A stretch of 64,000 nucleotides of DNA from an uncultured Nitrososphaerota archaeon (GTDB taxonomy: Archaea; Thermoproteota; Nitrososphaeria; Nitrososphaerales; CADDZS01), in contig CAWCYI010000006.1 of NCBI GenBank assembly GCA_963799845.1, forward strand, positions 960,001-1,024,000, written 5' to 3'. Below are positions 21,092 through 32,349 of the stretch, in pieces. The position numbers and the translations under genes were made by a program. The stretch's first letter is position 1, and each line of letters begins with the position of its first letter. A model generated the notes under the pieces. The model did not search any database. It saw only the letters and a list, made by a program, of their open reading frames with translations, and was not told the origin of the DNA.

Positions 21092-23131
21092 TTAGCCGAA
21101 AGTTACTGTATTGATTATCGGTGTCGTCGTCATTCCGTTCCAGACTGGATCAAGAAGAAGCTCTTGATCACGCCGGTCTGCCATACGAACGATCCGCTCT
21201 CGTACCACAGCCCTGGAAAACCGATCCACGCATACGGCGCATCGTTATAGATCTGTCCCTGTGCTGTCGTGCAGACAGACTGTATGTATGATGCATTTGC
21301 GCTGCTCGTAAATGCGTTCACACACGCCTGAACCGTTGGGTTGGCATAGCCGGCCCAGTTGCCCCACAACGAGGCGTTGTTGACAAAGCCGATCCAGTAG
21401 TCAGCTGGAGTAAGCGCGGCCGGTGCCCAGACCGATCCTCCGAGGATTGACATCTGTCCCATCTCATTGCCGTTCTTCACGTTAGTTGCATACGTGCCGT
21501 ACGGAGCGTAGTACGAGCTTGACTCCTGCTCTTCGACGTTGACCGTTATCCCGAGCTGGGCGAGGTCACCCTGAACGATCTGACCGATCTCCGAGCAATA
21601 GACGCAGGTCGAGATGGCAGTAAAGGTGAGCGTAGGCATGTTTGTGATATTTGCCTTGGCAAGATCTGCCTTCGCAAGCGTCATATTGAACTGATAAGGT
21701 GTGTAATTACCCAGATCGTCGTACTGCGACCACGCGGGATATTCCGGTCCCATTCCCGGCGTCATCTTGCCGAAAAACACCTTCTGGTCAATGTCCGAGT
21801 AATTGATCGCGTGGACGATCGCCTGTCTGACGAGAGTAATGTTAGTTGGATATTCATTCACGTCAAGTGGAATAGCCAGGATCTGAGCGGTATACGGTGG
21901 ATTTGTCACGTATGAGTACTTTGACGCACTTGCAAGGACAAGACTCCAATCCTGCGACTGGATGGCGACCAGCTGTGCGGCTCCCGTTGAAAGATCAGTA
22001 TATCTCGAAAGATCGTCAGTCTTGTACAGAATGGTGATGGTCTTCGCGTGTCCCGGATCCAGTTCACCGTTCGCGGCAATTTCGGAAGCACTTAGACTGT
22101 TTCCCCAATAATTCGGATTCTGGGCAAACGTCATGTACGCGTCCTCAGAGTACCCCGACACCGTGTAAGGCCCGGTTCCCGGAATGGAGTGCTGGTTGAA
22201 GTACGAATTGTACGAAGTTGGTGTTCCGAATCCGCCGTGATCCATTACCCACTGGGTGTCAAACACCATACCAGAGTACACGACCATGATCCCCAAAAAG
22301 TAGATGAATGGGGATTGAAGGTGGAATACAATCGTATTCGGTCCGGTCACGTAAATCGGCCATGATGAATTTTCCATGATCGCGAGTGCCTGCGGCGATG
22401 GATTGATCAAACCCGACTGGTTGATTAGGGCAATCGTGTCAGGACCGAAATGTACGCCCGTCATGTTGAAGATATCATAAGATTCCATCCACGCGCTGCT
22501 GTTGCCGGACAGGTAGTAAAATCCATACATCTCCATCCAGTACCTGGTACGCGTTGAATGGATCGCCGTTTGAAAAGTTCACGTTCTGCCTCAGTGTAAA
22601 GTTGTAGTAAGTGCTCGCAGAATTGATTGTCCAGTTGGACGCCAGTCCCGGCAGGTATTGAATGACTCCCTGCCCATACTCCGCGCCGAGGTTAACGTCA
22701 ACCATCGTCTGGTAGACTGCGAACGCGTACCACTGCGGCCACGGCAGCTCTGTCGGTTCGTAAAGGACGTTCATGTCATCGATCGGCCAGTTAAAGTCCT
22801 CCAGGGTTAGCGACTGCGCGAGCTGACCTGAAGACGAGGTGGAAGTTGAAGATGAGCTCGATGAGGACGAGCTGGAAACTGAAGAACTGCTAGAACTACT
22901 AGAGCTGCTCGACGAGCTCGTGCTGGGGGCGGCGCTTGATGAAGAACCGGACGTCGTCGGAGGGGCCTGGGTTGTGCTCGACGTAGTGGAAGTCGTCGAC
23001 GTGGTTGAGGTCGCCTTATTTGCAAGCGCGAGGAACCCGCCTGCAGCAATTATTATGATTACAATTACAACAATACCGATCGTCGCCGCCCTGCTCAGTG
23101 CATGCTTTACTCTAGATCTAGTAGAGAGCAT
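21092..23131 (-). CDS. Family 5 ABC solute-binding protein with N-terminal TM and Ser/Thr linker, frameshifted
   Basis: PGLASNW..FTLRQNVNFSNGDPFNA, GTGPY, NPNYWG, VRQAIVHAIN. The true C-terminus DPVWNG..INTVTFG* lies in another frame ending at 21092. Confidence 0.85.
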
Positions 23132-23472
23132 GAACGAAAAAATTGCTGACGATACTTAAAGAGTTTGTTACCATCAGCATGCATTAAAAATTCAGGAGCA
23201 GCGGCGCACTTGGGACATGTAAGAAGATCATAATTCATGTTCACAAACACAAGATAAGGAAGTTTGAGCAGGAAAATAATGGCCTGTATATGTTCACAAG
23301 AAATACCAGAATCGGTAAAACTCGTGCAGCTGCACCTCCAGTTCGGTTTCTGCCAGCTGACTTCATGCCAGATAGAGTCGCCTGGTCGGGCCCGGACTCA
23401 CCTCAAGTAAATAATAATAGATGGCCTCTGGAGCAGAGTCCTCGGGAGTTGCCCTAATTAGCATCAAGGAAA

Positions 23473-24516
23473 TTGAGGATCGGTCTCATTGGATCGGGTT
23501 TTGTAATTGACAGCTTTCACGTTCCTGCCCTGAAATCACTTTCGGACGTTGAAGTGGTAGCCGTCGCCGGTAATGACCCTAATCGGTCTTCCAAGTTCGC
23601 TGCAAAGTGGGGAATAAAGGAAGTCTATAGTGGCGAAGGTGCAATCGAGAAACTTTGCAAGAGCAAATCAGTCGATGCTGTTGACATCGCAATCCCAAAC
23701 AACCTTCATCTCATAGCGATCGAAGCTGCGGCCGAGAATCACAAGGCCGTGATATGCGAAAAGCCTCTTGGGAGAAACTCGGAGGAAGCAAAAAAGGCTC
23801 TGAGGGCAGTTGAAAAAAACGGGGTGATCCACTGCTATGCTGAAAATGAGGTGTTCGCTCCTCAGATCACGCGAGCAAAAGTGTTTGTAGATAGCGGAGC
23901 GGTAGGAAGGTTGACCTGGGTCAGGGCGAGAGAGGCGCACTCGGGCCCTCACAGCAAGTGGTTCTATGATCCCGCCCGCTCCGGTGGCGGGACCATCATC
24001 GATATGGGTTGCCACTCAATCGAAACCGGTCGCTACTTCCTTGGTAAGAAGCCGCAAAGCGTGTTTGCTTGGACGGCAACTCTATTTCACAAGACTAGTG
24101 CCGAGGACAATAGCCTCGTCTTGATCAAGTATGACGGAGGCTCGCTCAGCCAGAACGAGAACAGCTGGACGGCCAAAGGAGGGGTAGACGGCCGGTTCGA
24201 AGTATACGGGACGGAGGGATCCATCTTTGTCGATACTGCAAGGGAGACCGGGATCAGAGCTTTCACAACTGGTCATGAAGGCAAAGCGGGGTATATCGTC
24301 GAAAAGGCCGATGCAAGCGTTGGATGGATGTATCCGGTGTGGGGCGAGTACATAACTGGCGGCTTCCTTGACGAGATGAAACACTTTACTCGTTGCATCC
24401 GGAATGACGAGCTTCCGCGTGAAACTTTCAAAGATGGTGTGATCGTCAACGAGCTAATGGACGCTGCTTACCGATCCGCAAAGAACTCATGCTGGGTTCC
24501 AATATCTTCGAAGTGA
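23473..24516 (+). CDS. Gfo/Idh/MocA NAD(P)-dependent oxidoreductase
   Basis: IGLIGSG, ICEKPL, GGGTIIDMGCH, YGTEG. Confidence 0.92.
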   Translation: MRIGLIGSGFVIDSFHVPALKSLSDVEVVAVAGNDPNRSSKFAAKWGIKEVYSGEGAIEKLCKSKSVDAVDIAIPNNLHLIAIEAAAENHKAVICEKPLGRNSEEAKKALRAVEKNGVIHCYAENEVFAPQITRAKVFVDSGAVGRLTWVRAREAHSGPHSKWFYDPARSGGGTIIDMGCHSIETGRYFLGKKPQSVFAWTATLFHKTSAEDNSLVLIKYDGGSLSQNENSWTAKGGVDGRFEVYGTEGSIFVDTARETGIRAFTTGHEGKAGYIVEKADASVGWMYPVWGEYITGGFLDEMKHFTRCIRNDELPRETFKDGVIVNELMDAAYRSAKNSCWVPISSK

Positions 24517-24534
24517 CGTCCTCCTACGAATGAA

Positions 24535-26168
24535 GAGACTGTGTTAAAACTCATTTGATCCGCTCCCACGATGAGATCTATTCGATGTTACTTCATAAAG
24601 AGGGCTAGTGGATCTCGACTACAGTCCGAGCGATCCTATCAATGCCTTTGTTCCGAGTACATTGATTGCTCTCCTCATGTTATATGCAAGCATGGTGAAT
24701 CCGACTTCACCGCCAACCTTCCTTAATCCTTTGAGAAGAAGGTAGCCCTGGTTGAACGCCCTCTTCATCGTACCAAACGGATGCTCGCAGAGCTCCTTCC
24801 TAAATTTTGTTTTGGAAGGGTCGTCCTTGATTCTTTGCCTCATCTCTTCGATTAGCTCTTCGTGAAGTCCTCTGTATATCTTCCTGCCAGTTCTGTCGGC
24901 TGTACATTTTGTAAGGAAGAATGGGCAGTTGGAGCACGCCGTTGTCCCGTAGACCCTCATTCGCTTACCCTTCCCCTTGTCCATTACGTACATGGACCAA
25001 AGATTCTCTCCCGCGGGACAAGTGTACGCATCTGCTTCTTTGTCGTAGAAGAACTCGCTCTTGTAAAATTCCGGCGTTGGTATGCCTCTCCTCTTCGCAC
25101 TCCCGATGGACTTCTGCTCGGTGACGTACGGAGTTATCCCATTTTGGATGCATTCTCTGATATGCTCCGCGTCGAAGAATCCGCTATCTGCGGTTGCATC
25201 AAGCTTTCCGACGCCCAGTGTCTTCATAGCTCCTATTGCAACATTTGCAAGTTCGTTCTTGTCACTAGGATGATTCGTGATATAATACTCACAAACCATG
25301 TGGTACTTTGAATCGACGGCAGATTCTACGTTGTAGCACACGTCGAGCCCCCTGCCAGCCTTCATCAGTCTGCTCTCCGGGTCGTTGAGCGTCATCTCTT
25401 TCTTTCCGCTCTCCTTCATCTCATTCTGTATTCGAATGTATTCGTTCCGCTTCTCCTCAAGCTTGCCAATCTTCTCTTTGAGCTCCCTAGTCTCCTGCTC
25501 TTTGTCGTTATCATCGTCAACGTCATTTTTGTCATTCTCCTCGATCTCCTTCAGGTATCGTTCTATCTTTTCGTTCGTGAGTTTCAAGCTGTTCTCGAGT
25601 TTTCTTTCGTTAAAGTAGCTCTTGTCTTTGGAGTTGACAGCTTTGAACTTACTCCCGTCGATGCCGACGAGCTCAAGCCCGAAGAGATCAAGGCTCTTGC
25701 AAAGAAAGACGAATTCCTTGAAGACTGGCTTGATCGAGTCTACGTTGTTCTTCCGAAAATCGGATATGGTCTTGAAGTCCGGAGTGAGTTTCTTCATGAG
25801 CCAGACGAGTTCAAGATTTCTCCTGCACTCTCGCTCGAGCTTTCTGCTGGAACGAATCTGGTTCAGGTATCCATAGATGTATAGCTTGAGAAGATCTGCG
25901 GGGTCGTACGACGGTCTTCCAGTCTCGCTTGGGACGGAATGCTTGAATCCGAGCTTCTTCAGGCTGAGCTTGTCTACAAATGCATCAATGAACCTGACTG
26001 GATTGTCTTCGTCTACGTATTCGTCCAACATGTCTGGAAGGAGTATCCTCTGCCTTCGCTCACTACCCTCCACGTGACCGCTATTACTCACGTTCATGCA
26101 TTAGGGCGTACTCGTAGATAGGCCTGTCGGCCAAAGTATTTGCCTTTAAATAGTTCTCACACAGTCTC
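24535..26168 (-). mobile_element. IS1182-family insertion sequence
   Basis: Terminal inverted repeats GAGACTGTGT.A.AACT (24535) / AGTT.T.ACACAGTCTC (ends 26168) bracket the transposase. Confidence 0.88.
24619..26097 (-). CDS. IS1182-family transposase
   Basis: GRPSYDP..LYIYGY..SSRKLE, PDFKTISDFR, GIDGSK, ADSGF, CPAG, EHPFGTMKR, AYNMRR. Confidence 0.95.
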   Translation of the reverse strand: MNVSNSGHVEGSERRQRILLPDMLDEYVDEDNPVRFIDAFVDKLSLKKLGFKHSVPSETGRPSYDPADLLKLYIYGYLNQIRSSRKLERECRRNLELVWLMKKLTPDFKTISDFRKNNVDSIKPVFKEFVFLCKSLDLFGLELVGIDGSKFKAVNSKDKSYFNERKLENSLKLTNEKIERYLKEIEENDKNDVDDDNDKEQETRELKEKIGKLEEKRNEYIRIQNEMKESGKKEMTLNDPESRLMKAGRGLDVCYNVESAVDSKYHMVCEYYITNHPSDKNELANVAIGAMKTLGVGKLDATADSGFFDAEHIRECIQNGITPYVTEQKSIGSAKRRGIPTPEFYKSEFFYDKEADAYTCPAGENLWSMYVMDKGKGKRMRVYGTTACSNCPFFLTKCTADRTGRKIYRGLHEELIEEMRQRIKDDPSKTKFRKELCEHPFGTMKRAFNQGYLLLKGLRKVGGEVGFTMLAYNMRRAINVLGTKALIGSLGL

Positions 26169-26732
26169 TAAATTCGTGGGTTTTCCCGCTCGCAAGTGAT
26201 AAACTGCAATCCTCTGGAGATTCGATCCTATTACTATAACTGAGATTAATTCGGTAGCCGCGATGAGGCTTTCCTATTCCAATATCGTGTATGTCGATAA
26301 GTGTAATTTGTTGATCGCTGAGATCTAGATCAGCAGACGGGTGGACCGCAAGGGTAAGGGTACCACAACGTGATAAATCCGAGCAATTTTGATCGCAGAG
26401 TCGGCAACCTCAGAACCTCCGGTTGTAAAAAAACCTCTTTCATTCGCCTGGCAAAATGCTCGAATCCCTCAATTTTATTTCAACAAAAGCGTTTATCTAC
26501 GCACGTGGCAGGGTTTGATCGCGCCGATGATGTAGCGGTGTATTTTCCATACACCATTTTCCCGCCGATGGGATATGGAGTTGGCTGCTGGTTGCCTAGT
26601 TTTCCTTACCTGAAGTTAGATCTTTGCATATTTGCACGTGGAAACTGCGCTTGCCCAAGCTATTTTGCCCATTGTGCCAGCAGCTCTCGACAGTTGAGCT
26701 CATTCTTGGTCAAGAGAGAGGGGGGCGGGTTG

Positions 26733-28793
26733 CTAGACTAACCTGCCAATTCGCTGTCCATCGTACATTGCAAAGCCGATCCTAGCGCCTGCAATGTTTC
26801 CATCACCCACAAGATAGACTTCTCGATGCTTTTTCCTGAACGTTTGATACAGGGTGTCATTTTGTATTCTGCCGGTTATCAGAATTATGTTGTCAACCTC
26901 ACGAAGCATCTCAGTTTGCTTTTCGTAAAAATTGTACAATATTACGCTGTACTTCTCTATCTTCTTGATCCATGTGAAAGGCGTAATCTTTATTCCGGAC
27001 ACTACGAGCCTCGGGAATAGGTGCTCCCAGTGGTTCATCAAATTAAGCTCAAGAGCTATATTTTCGAGCGGAGTTACAATCTCGACTTTCTTTCCCTGGT
27101 TTGCCAGATGCTCGGCAAGAGCCGGAGCCTCGATGAAACTCAGAGTATCTGCGATAAGGATCGTTTGTCCTAGATGCGATCTTCCCTCCCAAACATCCTC
27201 GTCCGTACAAACATTCGGTTGATTCCAGCCTTCTATTTCGTTAAATGTATAGGGCTGGAATCCATTCTTTATGGGGGTTGAGCCAGTGGCTATCACAACG
27301 GCGTCAGGTTTTTCTTCGTTTAGAACATAGTCGACAACTTCTTGATCGTCAGTAACTTCCAAGCCATATTTGATATCTACGCCGAGTACCTTAACTTGAT
27401 CAATAAGCCAGCTGACAATTGCCCTTAGATTGGCTCTGCCGGGCAGTTTTCCTGCAATCAGTGCTTGGCCACCCGCTAGTGTCGACTTTTCATAGATTCT
27501 TACTCTGTGACCCCTTAAAGCTGCGATCCTCGCAGCTTCCAGACCTGCCACACCTCCACCGATTATCAATACGTTTTTCTTGGTTATGGCTGACGTTAGC
27601 GTATCCATTCCCCACGTCTCCTCTCTTCCAGCTGCTGGATTCACAGTGCACGAAATCGGAAGACCGCGAAGCATTCTTCCCCAACAGTCCTGAAGAGCAC
27701 CGATACACGGACGAATTTCCATCAATCTTCCGTCTCTCGCTTTATTGGGAAGCTCAGGGTCAGCTATTAGGGCGCGCGTCATCGCTACCATGTCTGCCTG
27801 ACCATTGGCAATCAAGCTTTCCGCATATCCCGGATCGGCATATTTTCCGACCACGCCCACCTTGGTCTTTCTTAGCACTGCCTTAATTGGATTAGTTATT
27901 CTGAGATTGTAACCGCTTTCCACATACATTGGGACAGCTTGCCAATCCTCTTGATGAGGAGAGTAACCTCTGTCTGGCGTAATCCAGTCAACCTGTCCAT
28001 CAAGAGAAGATGCAATCCGTGACGCGATCTCGGGCGTGTTTCCGCCCTCGTACCGCTCATCTCCCATCAATCTCATCCCAACAGCAATTTCGCCATTTGT
28101 ATATTCCTTTACGCGTTTTATGACTTCTTTGAGGAATCTCATTCTATTTTCCAAGGTGCCGCCCCACTTGTCCTTGCGCTTGTTCATCACCCCGGATAGG
28201 AACTGAGAAATTAACGCACCATGAGTGCCATGCAAATCTATTCCGTCCAGTCCTGAATCTCTAACGAATTTCGCCCCGTTTCCAAAAGCCTCAATTTCGG
28301 CTTCTATGGTAGTCTCATCCATTTCCCTTTTTGTGAAGGGCAAGGCATGAATGGGATGAGAGGGTACTGGATAGGACGACACTCCCATTCCACTCGCCAC
28401 CGCAGAAGAGAGTTCAATGAAACACTTCGCGCCATACTTGTGTACTTGTTTTGTAAGCTTTGAGTATCCCTCTACTACTCTTGGATCCGAAGCCTGAATA
28501 GGAAATCTTCCTGTCAGATCCATGGGATGACCCAGGTTCAAGGGGCTAAAATGAGAGTCCGTAAAAATCGCTGTCTCTCCCGGGCCGGCAACAACCCTTC
28601 CCATCGAAACTTCGATTAGCCCCACTCCCCCTTTCGCTCTCTCAGCGCAATAGTAGGATAGCCTGTCTCCTGGCAGATTATCGCGATTATCGGAAGCGAA
28701 CATCGTTGCATGTGGGGTAATGTATATTCTATTTTTGATAGTCATTGGTCCTAATTCGATAGGAGAAAAAAGATGCTCGAAAGCTTGGGACAT
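26733..28793 (-). CDS. OYE/FadH FMN/FAD oxidoreductase, paralogue 2
   Basis: Colinear and highly similar to 18339..20408 (TPHATMF.SD.RDNLPG, DGIDLHGTHGALIS, WQAVPMYVESGYNL). Confidence 0.92.
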   Translation of the reverse strand: MSQAFEHLFSPIELGPMTIKNRIYITPHATMFASDNRDNLPGDRLSYYCAERAKGGVGLIEVSMGRVVAGPGETAIFTDSHFSPLNLGHPMDLTGRFPIQASDPRVVEGYSKLTKQVHKYGAKCFIELSSAVASGMGVSSYPVPSHPIHALPFTKREMDETTIEAEIEAFGNGAKFVRDSGLDGIDLHGTHGALISQFLSGVMNKRKDKWGGTLENRMRFLKEVIKRVKEYTNGEIAVGMRLMGDERYEGGNTPEIASRIASSLDGQVDWITPDRGYSPHQEDWQAVPMYVESGYNLRITNPIKAVLRKTKVGVVGKYADPGYAESLIANGQADMVAMTRALIADPELPNKARDGRLMEIRPCIGALQDCWGRMLRGLPISCTVNPAAGREETWGMDTLTSAITKKNVLIIGGGVAGLEAARIAALRGHRVRIYEKSTLAGGQALIAGKLPGRANLRAIVSWLIDQVKVLGVDIKYGLEVTDDQEVVDYVLNEEKPDAVVIATGSTPIKNGFQPYTFNEIEGWNQPNVCTDEDVWEGRSHLGQTILIADTLSFIEAPALAEHLANQGKKVEIVTPLENIALELNLMNHWEHLFPRLVVSGIKITPFTWIKKIEKYSVILYNFYEKQTEMLREVDNIILITGRIQNDTLYQTFRKKHREVYLVGDGNIAGARIGFAMYDGQRIGRLV

Positions 28794-29624
28794 AGGCAAT
28801 TTGGTTTTTTGAATAATATTTAGCACTTTTATTCTTTGAGCAAGTAGTTGCTACGATTTTCAGAGTTTTTTGTTGGCCGGGTGTCTTCAATGAAATGCCC
28901 TAACATTTCATTCTCGAACAGAAAAAACCATCGATGACAAACCCCTCATTTCATACGTCATAGAAGCCGTGCAGGACTCATGTCACAAATGGGTGGTTAT
29001 GGCCGAGAGAATACCCGTTGAAAGCTTCCAAGCAATCTTTGGAAGAGACGATCCGCGTATTGCAGTTATCATCGACGAGTTCCCATGGAAAGTCCTTCCT
29101 CATAAGCAGTTTTTGAGCAAGTGGGATCATGGAATAAATATTCGCTGTTTTACCAGAAAATTCGTGCTCAAATCCCAAATCACCCACTCGGGATTTACTG
29201 GTAAAATCTCAAGCGATCAAGATTCGCTCTTTCATAATGTTGAATAGGTAATCATACTTTAGAAGCAACTCGCGAGTCTGACATGATGAAAGCTACTGCA
29301 AAAGGTGTCTCCGATACAAAAGCCCGAGGATATTAGACTGCGAGTAATTCCGAAACCCACGGGAAGTGAGAGGTCAGTGATCGTTGCTAGTCAGATTCAG
29401 GCTTTCAGAGGAAAGAACTGCGGTTTCACGGTTCACCCTTCTTTTTAGACAAGGTGTAGAAACAGAATTTTGAATTCTCCGAAGGAATGGGCGCTTTCCA
29501 TTGGTCCTGCGGTAGCTGGAATCATTTCAGGAAACTACCTTCAGTTAGCATTTACCGTTCCTGCAGTTGTATTCGTCTACCAAGTATCTTGTTAACTTTC
29601 TATGGCACGGGAGAAGATTCGAAA

Positions 29625-30914
29625 TCACTTCACGAAGCGAGAGAATGATTCTCTCCCACAATACTTTGCGCTGCCGCCCAATTTCTCTTCAAGCCTTAGC
29701 AGCTGATTGTACTTGGCGGTTCGCTCTGATCTTGCGATCGAGCCGATTTTAATTTGCCCAGCTGCCGAGCCAACAGCCAAATCAGCAATGAATGTGTCTT
29801 CGGTCTCCCCAGATCTCGCCGAAATTACAGGAGCATAACCAATCTCTCTACAAAGTTTGATAGCAGCTACTGTCTCTGATAGAGTGCCTATTTGATTGAG
29901 CTTGATCAAGACGGCATTTGCGACACCGAGCATTTTTCCCTTTCTAATCTGGTCAACACTTGTGGTGAACAAATCGTCTCCGATAAGCTGTACTTCCGAA
30001 CCAAGTTTTTCAGTGAGCATTTTCCATCCTTCCCAGTCCTCCTCGGCGCATCCATCCTCAATTGAAAGGATCGGATATCTTGAGCACCAGTTCGCGAGCT
30101 CATGAATCATATCTTTGGGGTGGAGAGTGAGGCCTTCTGTAGTGAGATTGTAGATTCCATTTTTGTAGAAATGAGATGAAGCAACATCAATCGCGATTGA
30201 AATCTCTTCCTTCGGAACGAGGCCTGACACCTGTATGGCTTGATTCAGAATATCAAGTGCCTCGGAGTGACTTTTCAATTTTGGACTGAATCCACCCTCG
30301 TCCGCCAGTAATGTCGAGTATCCATTATTGTTCAGAATTTGCTTGGTAGAGTGATAGATCTTTCCTACCCAGTCCAGCGCTTCACGAAATGAGGAAGCTC
30401 CAACAGGAATAACTAGAAAGTCCTGAATATCGAGATTTCCTTGCGCGTGAAGACCACCGCTTATTATGTTCACCATCGGAGTGGGAATTGATAGTTCATC
30501 AGTATCGGAAATTTCCCTTACCAGTTCGTAAAGCGGTATCTTTCTACTCTCAGAGATGGCTCTAGCATTTGCAAGGGAGACGGCAAGAATCGCATTCGCC
30601 CCTAATCTTTTCTTGTTTGGAGTCCCGTCTAAATCGCGGAGTAGATCATCGACTTGATTTACATCCGCATCTTTTCCCCGGAGGGCATCATTAATTTCGA
30701 AATTAATATTCGAGACAGCCTTTCTCACTCCTTTTCCGATCCAACGGTCTGGCTCTGAATCCCTCAGTTCGAACGCCTCGCTTTTTCCCGTCGAAGCACC
30801 GGATGGAACAATCGCGCTTCCAACTATGTCATTGTCGAGCAATACTTCAGCCTCAACGGTGGGGAATGCACGTGAATCTAGAAGCTCTCTGCCCGTAATT
30901 TTCGAGATTTTCAT
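29625..30914 (-). CDS. eno: Enolase (divergent paralogue)
   Basis: VPSGASTG, LGANAILAVS, ADEGGF, IGDDLF, IKLNQIG, RSGETED, ERTAKYNQLLR. Confidence 0.9.
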   Translation of the reverse strand: MKISKITGRELLDSRAFPTVEAEVLLDNDIVGSAIVPSGASTGKSEAFELRDSEPDRWIGKGVRKAVSNINFEINDALRGKDADVNQVDDLLRDLDGTPNKKRLGANAILAVSLANARAISESRKIPLYELVREISDTDELSIPTPMVNIISGGLHAQGNLDIQDFLVIPVGASSFREALDWVGKIYHSTKQILNNNGYSTLLADEGGFSPKLKSHSEALDILNQAIQVSGLVPKEEISIAIDVASSHFYKNGIYNLTTEGLTLHPKDMIHELANWCSRYPILSIEDGCAEEDWEGWKMLTEKLGSEVQLIGDDLFTTSVDQIRKGKMLGVANAVLIKLNQIGTLSETVAAIKLCREIGYAPVISARSGETEDTFIADLAVGSAAGQIKIGSIARSERTAKYNQLLRLEEKLGGSAKYCGRESFSRFVK

Positions 30915-30932
30915 TGTTTAGATCACGATGTT

Positions 30933-31913
30933 CTATCGTAGATGGTTGGAAACCGAAGCCGAGACCACTTGGAAATCATCAATACGATCATAAATCAGTT
31001 TTGTCGAAAGCGCTCTTACCATTTCCTTATCGGGGATTGTCAGATACTCTGCCGGGGATTTACCATCGACCCGGGCAAGCATAAGGACTGCAAGTGTCCT
31101 TGTCGCATTTTCCTCCTGTTTTAGAGACTTTGCCAATTTCCAGTATTCAGTCCACAATATTTCTGCCTGTTCCAGATGATCTGGTGATTTCAGATGAATT
31201 GCTTTGAGAAGTAGATGATTCGTGCAAAATGCGATGTCAAATGCCGGATTTCCCCAGTGGGCAACCTCGCAGTCCACAATCCAGATTCTGCCGTCTGACA
31301 GCAGCAGGATGTTCTTGGGCGAGAAATCCCCATGAACAAGACAGATTCTTTCTTGAAGCAATGATCGAATTATCTCCTCGATCTTATCCTTCATATCGGG
31401 ATGCCGTGTTTCGAGCGTCTTAAAATACGGATCAATCCTGAGCTCCACAAAATTCGAAACATCATCGAATTTTTCTTGAATTACTCGGTCGTGAGCAGTT
31501 TCCAGGTGAAATTTGGCCAGAATTTTGGAGACTTCATATGTTATTCTTCTGTCTGCTATATCCGAAAGCAGATCTTGCTTCCAGGTTCTATTTAGAGCGT
31601 ACTCTAGTGCACAAGCATACTGTTCGCGATCCTCTGCGATGACTTCGGGCGCGTATTCTTTTCCTACTACATCCCTTATTACATTCAGACAAGAAGTCTC
31701 TTTGAAAATCCTGGACCTGTCTGCGAACCATTCGTCCTGCACTCGTAGTTGTTTCAGGGCTTGCTTCACAACCCAGGTGCCCCGCTTGGTCTCAATCTTC
31801 ACCACGAGATTAGAAATCCCGCCTCCCAAGATGGTGATCGTTGGCTTCTCGCCCTGTTGAGCAAGGCCCCACTTGTGCGCGAGCTCTTCGAGTTGAAGAA
31901 GATCGTCTTCCAA
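30933..31913 (-). CDS. APH / methylthioribose-kinase-like phosphotransferase
   Basis: GGGISN, VVKQAL, LVHGDFSPKNIL, IVDCEVAHWGNPAFD. Confidence 0.88.
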   Translation of the reverse strand: MEDDLLQLEELAHKWGLAQQGEKPTITILGGGISNLVVKIETKRGTWVVKQALKQLRVQDEWFADRSRIFKETSCLNVIRDVVGKEYAPEVIAEDREQYACALEYALNRTWKQDLLSDIADRRITYEVSKILAKFHLETAHDRVIQEKFDDVSNFVELRIDPYFKTLETRHPDMKDKIEEIIRSLLQERICLVHGDFSPKNILLLSDGRIWIVDCEVAHWGNPAFDIAFCTNHLLLKAIHLKSPDHLEQAEILWTEYWKLAKSLKQEENATRTLAVLMLARVDGKSPAEYLTIPDKEMVRALSTKLIYDRIDDFQVVSASVSNHLR

Positions 31914-32349
31914 TTCTGACGAAACACTTCAACAACAATTCCAAATACGGTTATAAAAGGGGCGGTAATATCGATACGCTATTGAAGATACGAAAATTAC
32001 GAGAAACAGATCGAGCTAGAGGTTAGAAGGGAATTGACAAAACAAGAACCCTACAAGGCAAACCTGGTTTTTTCCTTCTAGCGAGAAGATCAACCTTCAT
32101 TTTTCTCACCCTAATCCTTCTTGCTTAGCGTCCTTCAAACTTTCTAACTTCATCTTAATCAGGGGAAACTTTCTGTGATACTCTTCATGCAATCCAGCTG
32201 CTTCTTGGCTTGGTAGCGTACCATTCAGCAAAAGAAACAACGTAGGGATTGGCTTTCTGTAGCTAGGACTATATGCGTAGGTACCGTAAGTTTTCGGTTG
32301 TTCTCTGAATGAATCTTTATACATCAGTGACAAGATCCTGCACTGAGTC

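Noticed and set aside
20338-21114. 258-aa plus-strand ORF and similar long overlapping ORFs (35634..36266, 10503..11099)
   Set aside because: Antisense to well-supported genes, with no motifs.
26205-26225. Second target for IS110 element 1 (AATCCTCTGGAGATTCG)
   Set aside because: It resembles the predicted target but has mismatches on both sides and could arise by chance.
28870-29250. Possible gene remnant (ORF 28978..29187)
   Set aside because: Multiple stops and no recognisable family, so a call cannot be supported.
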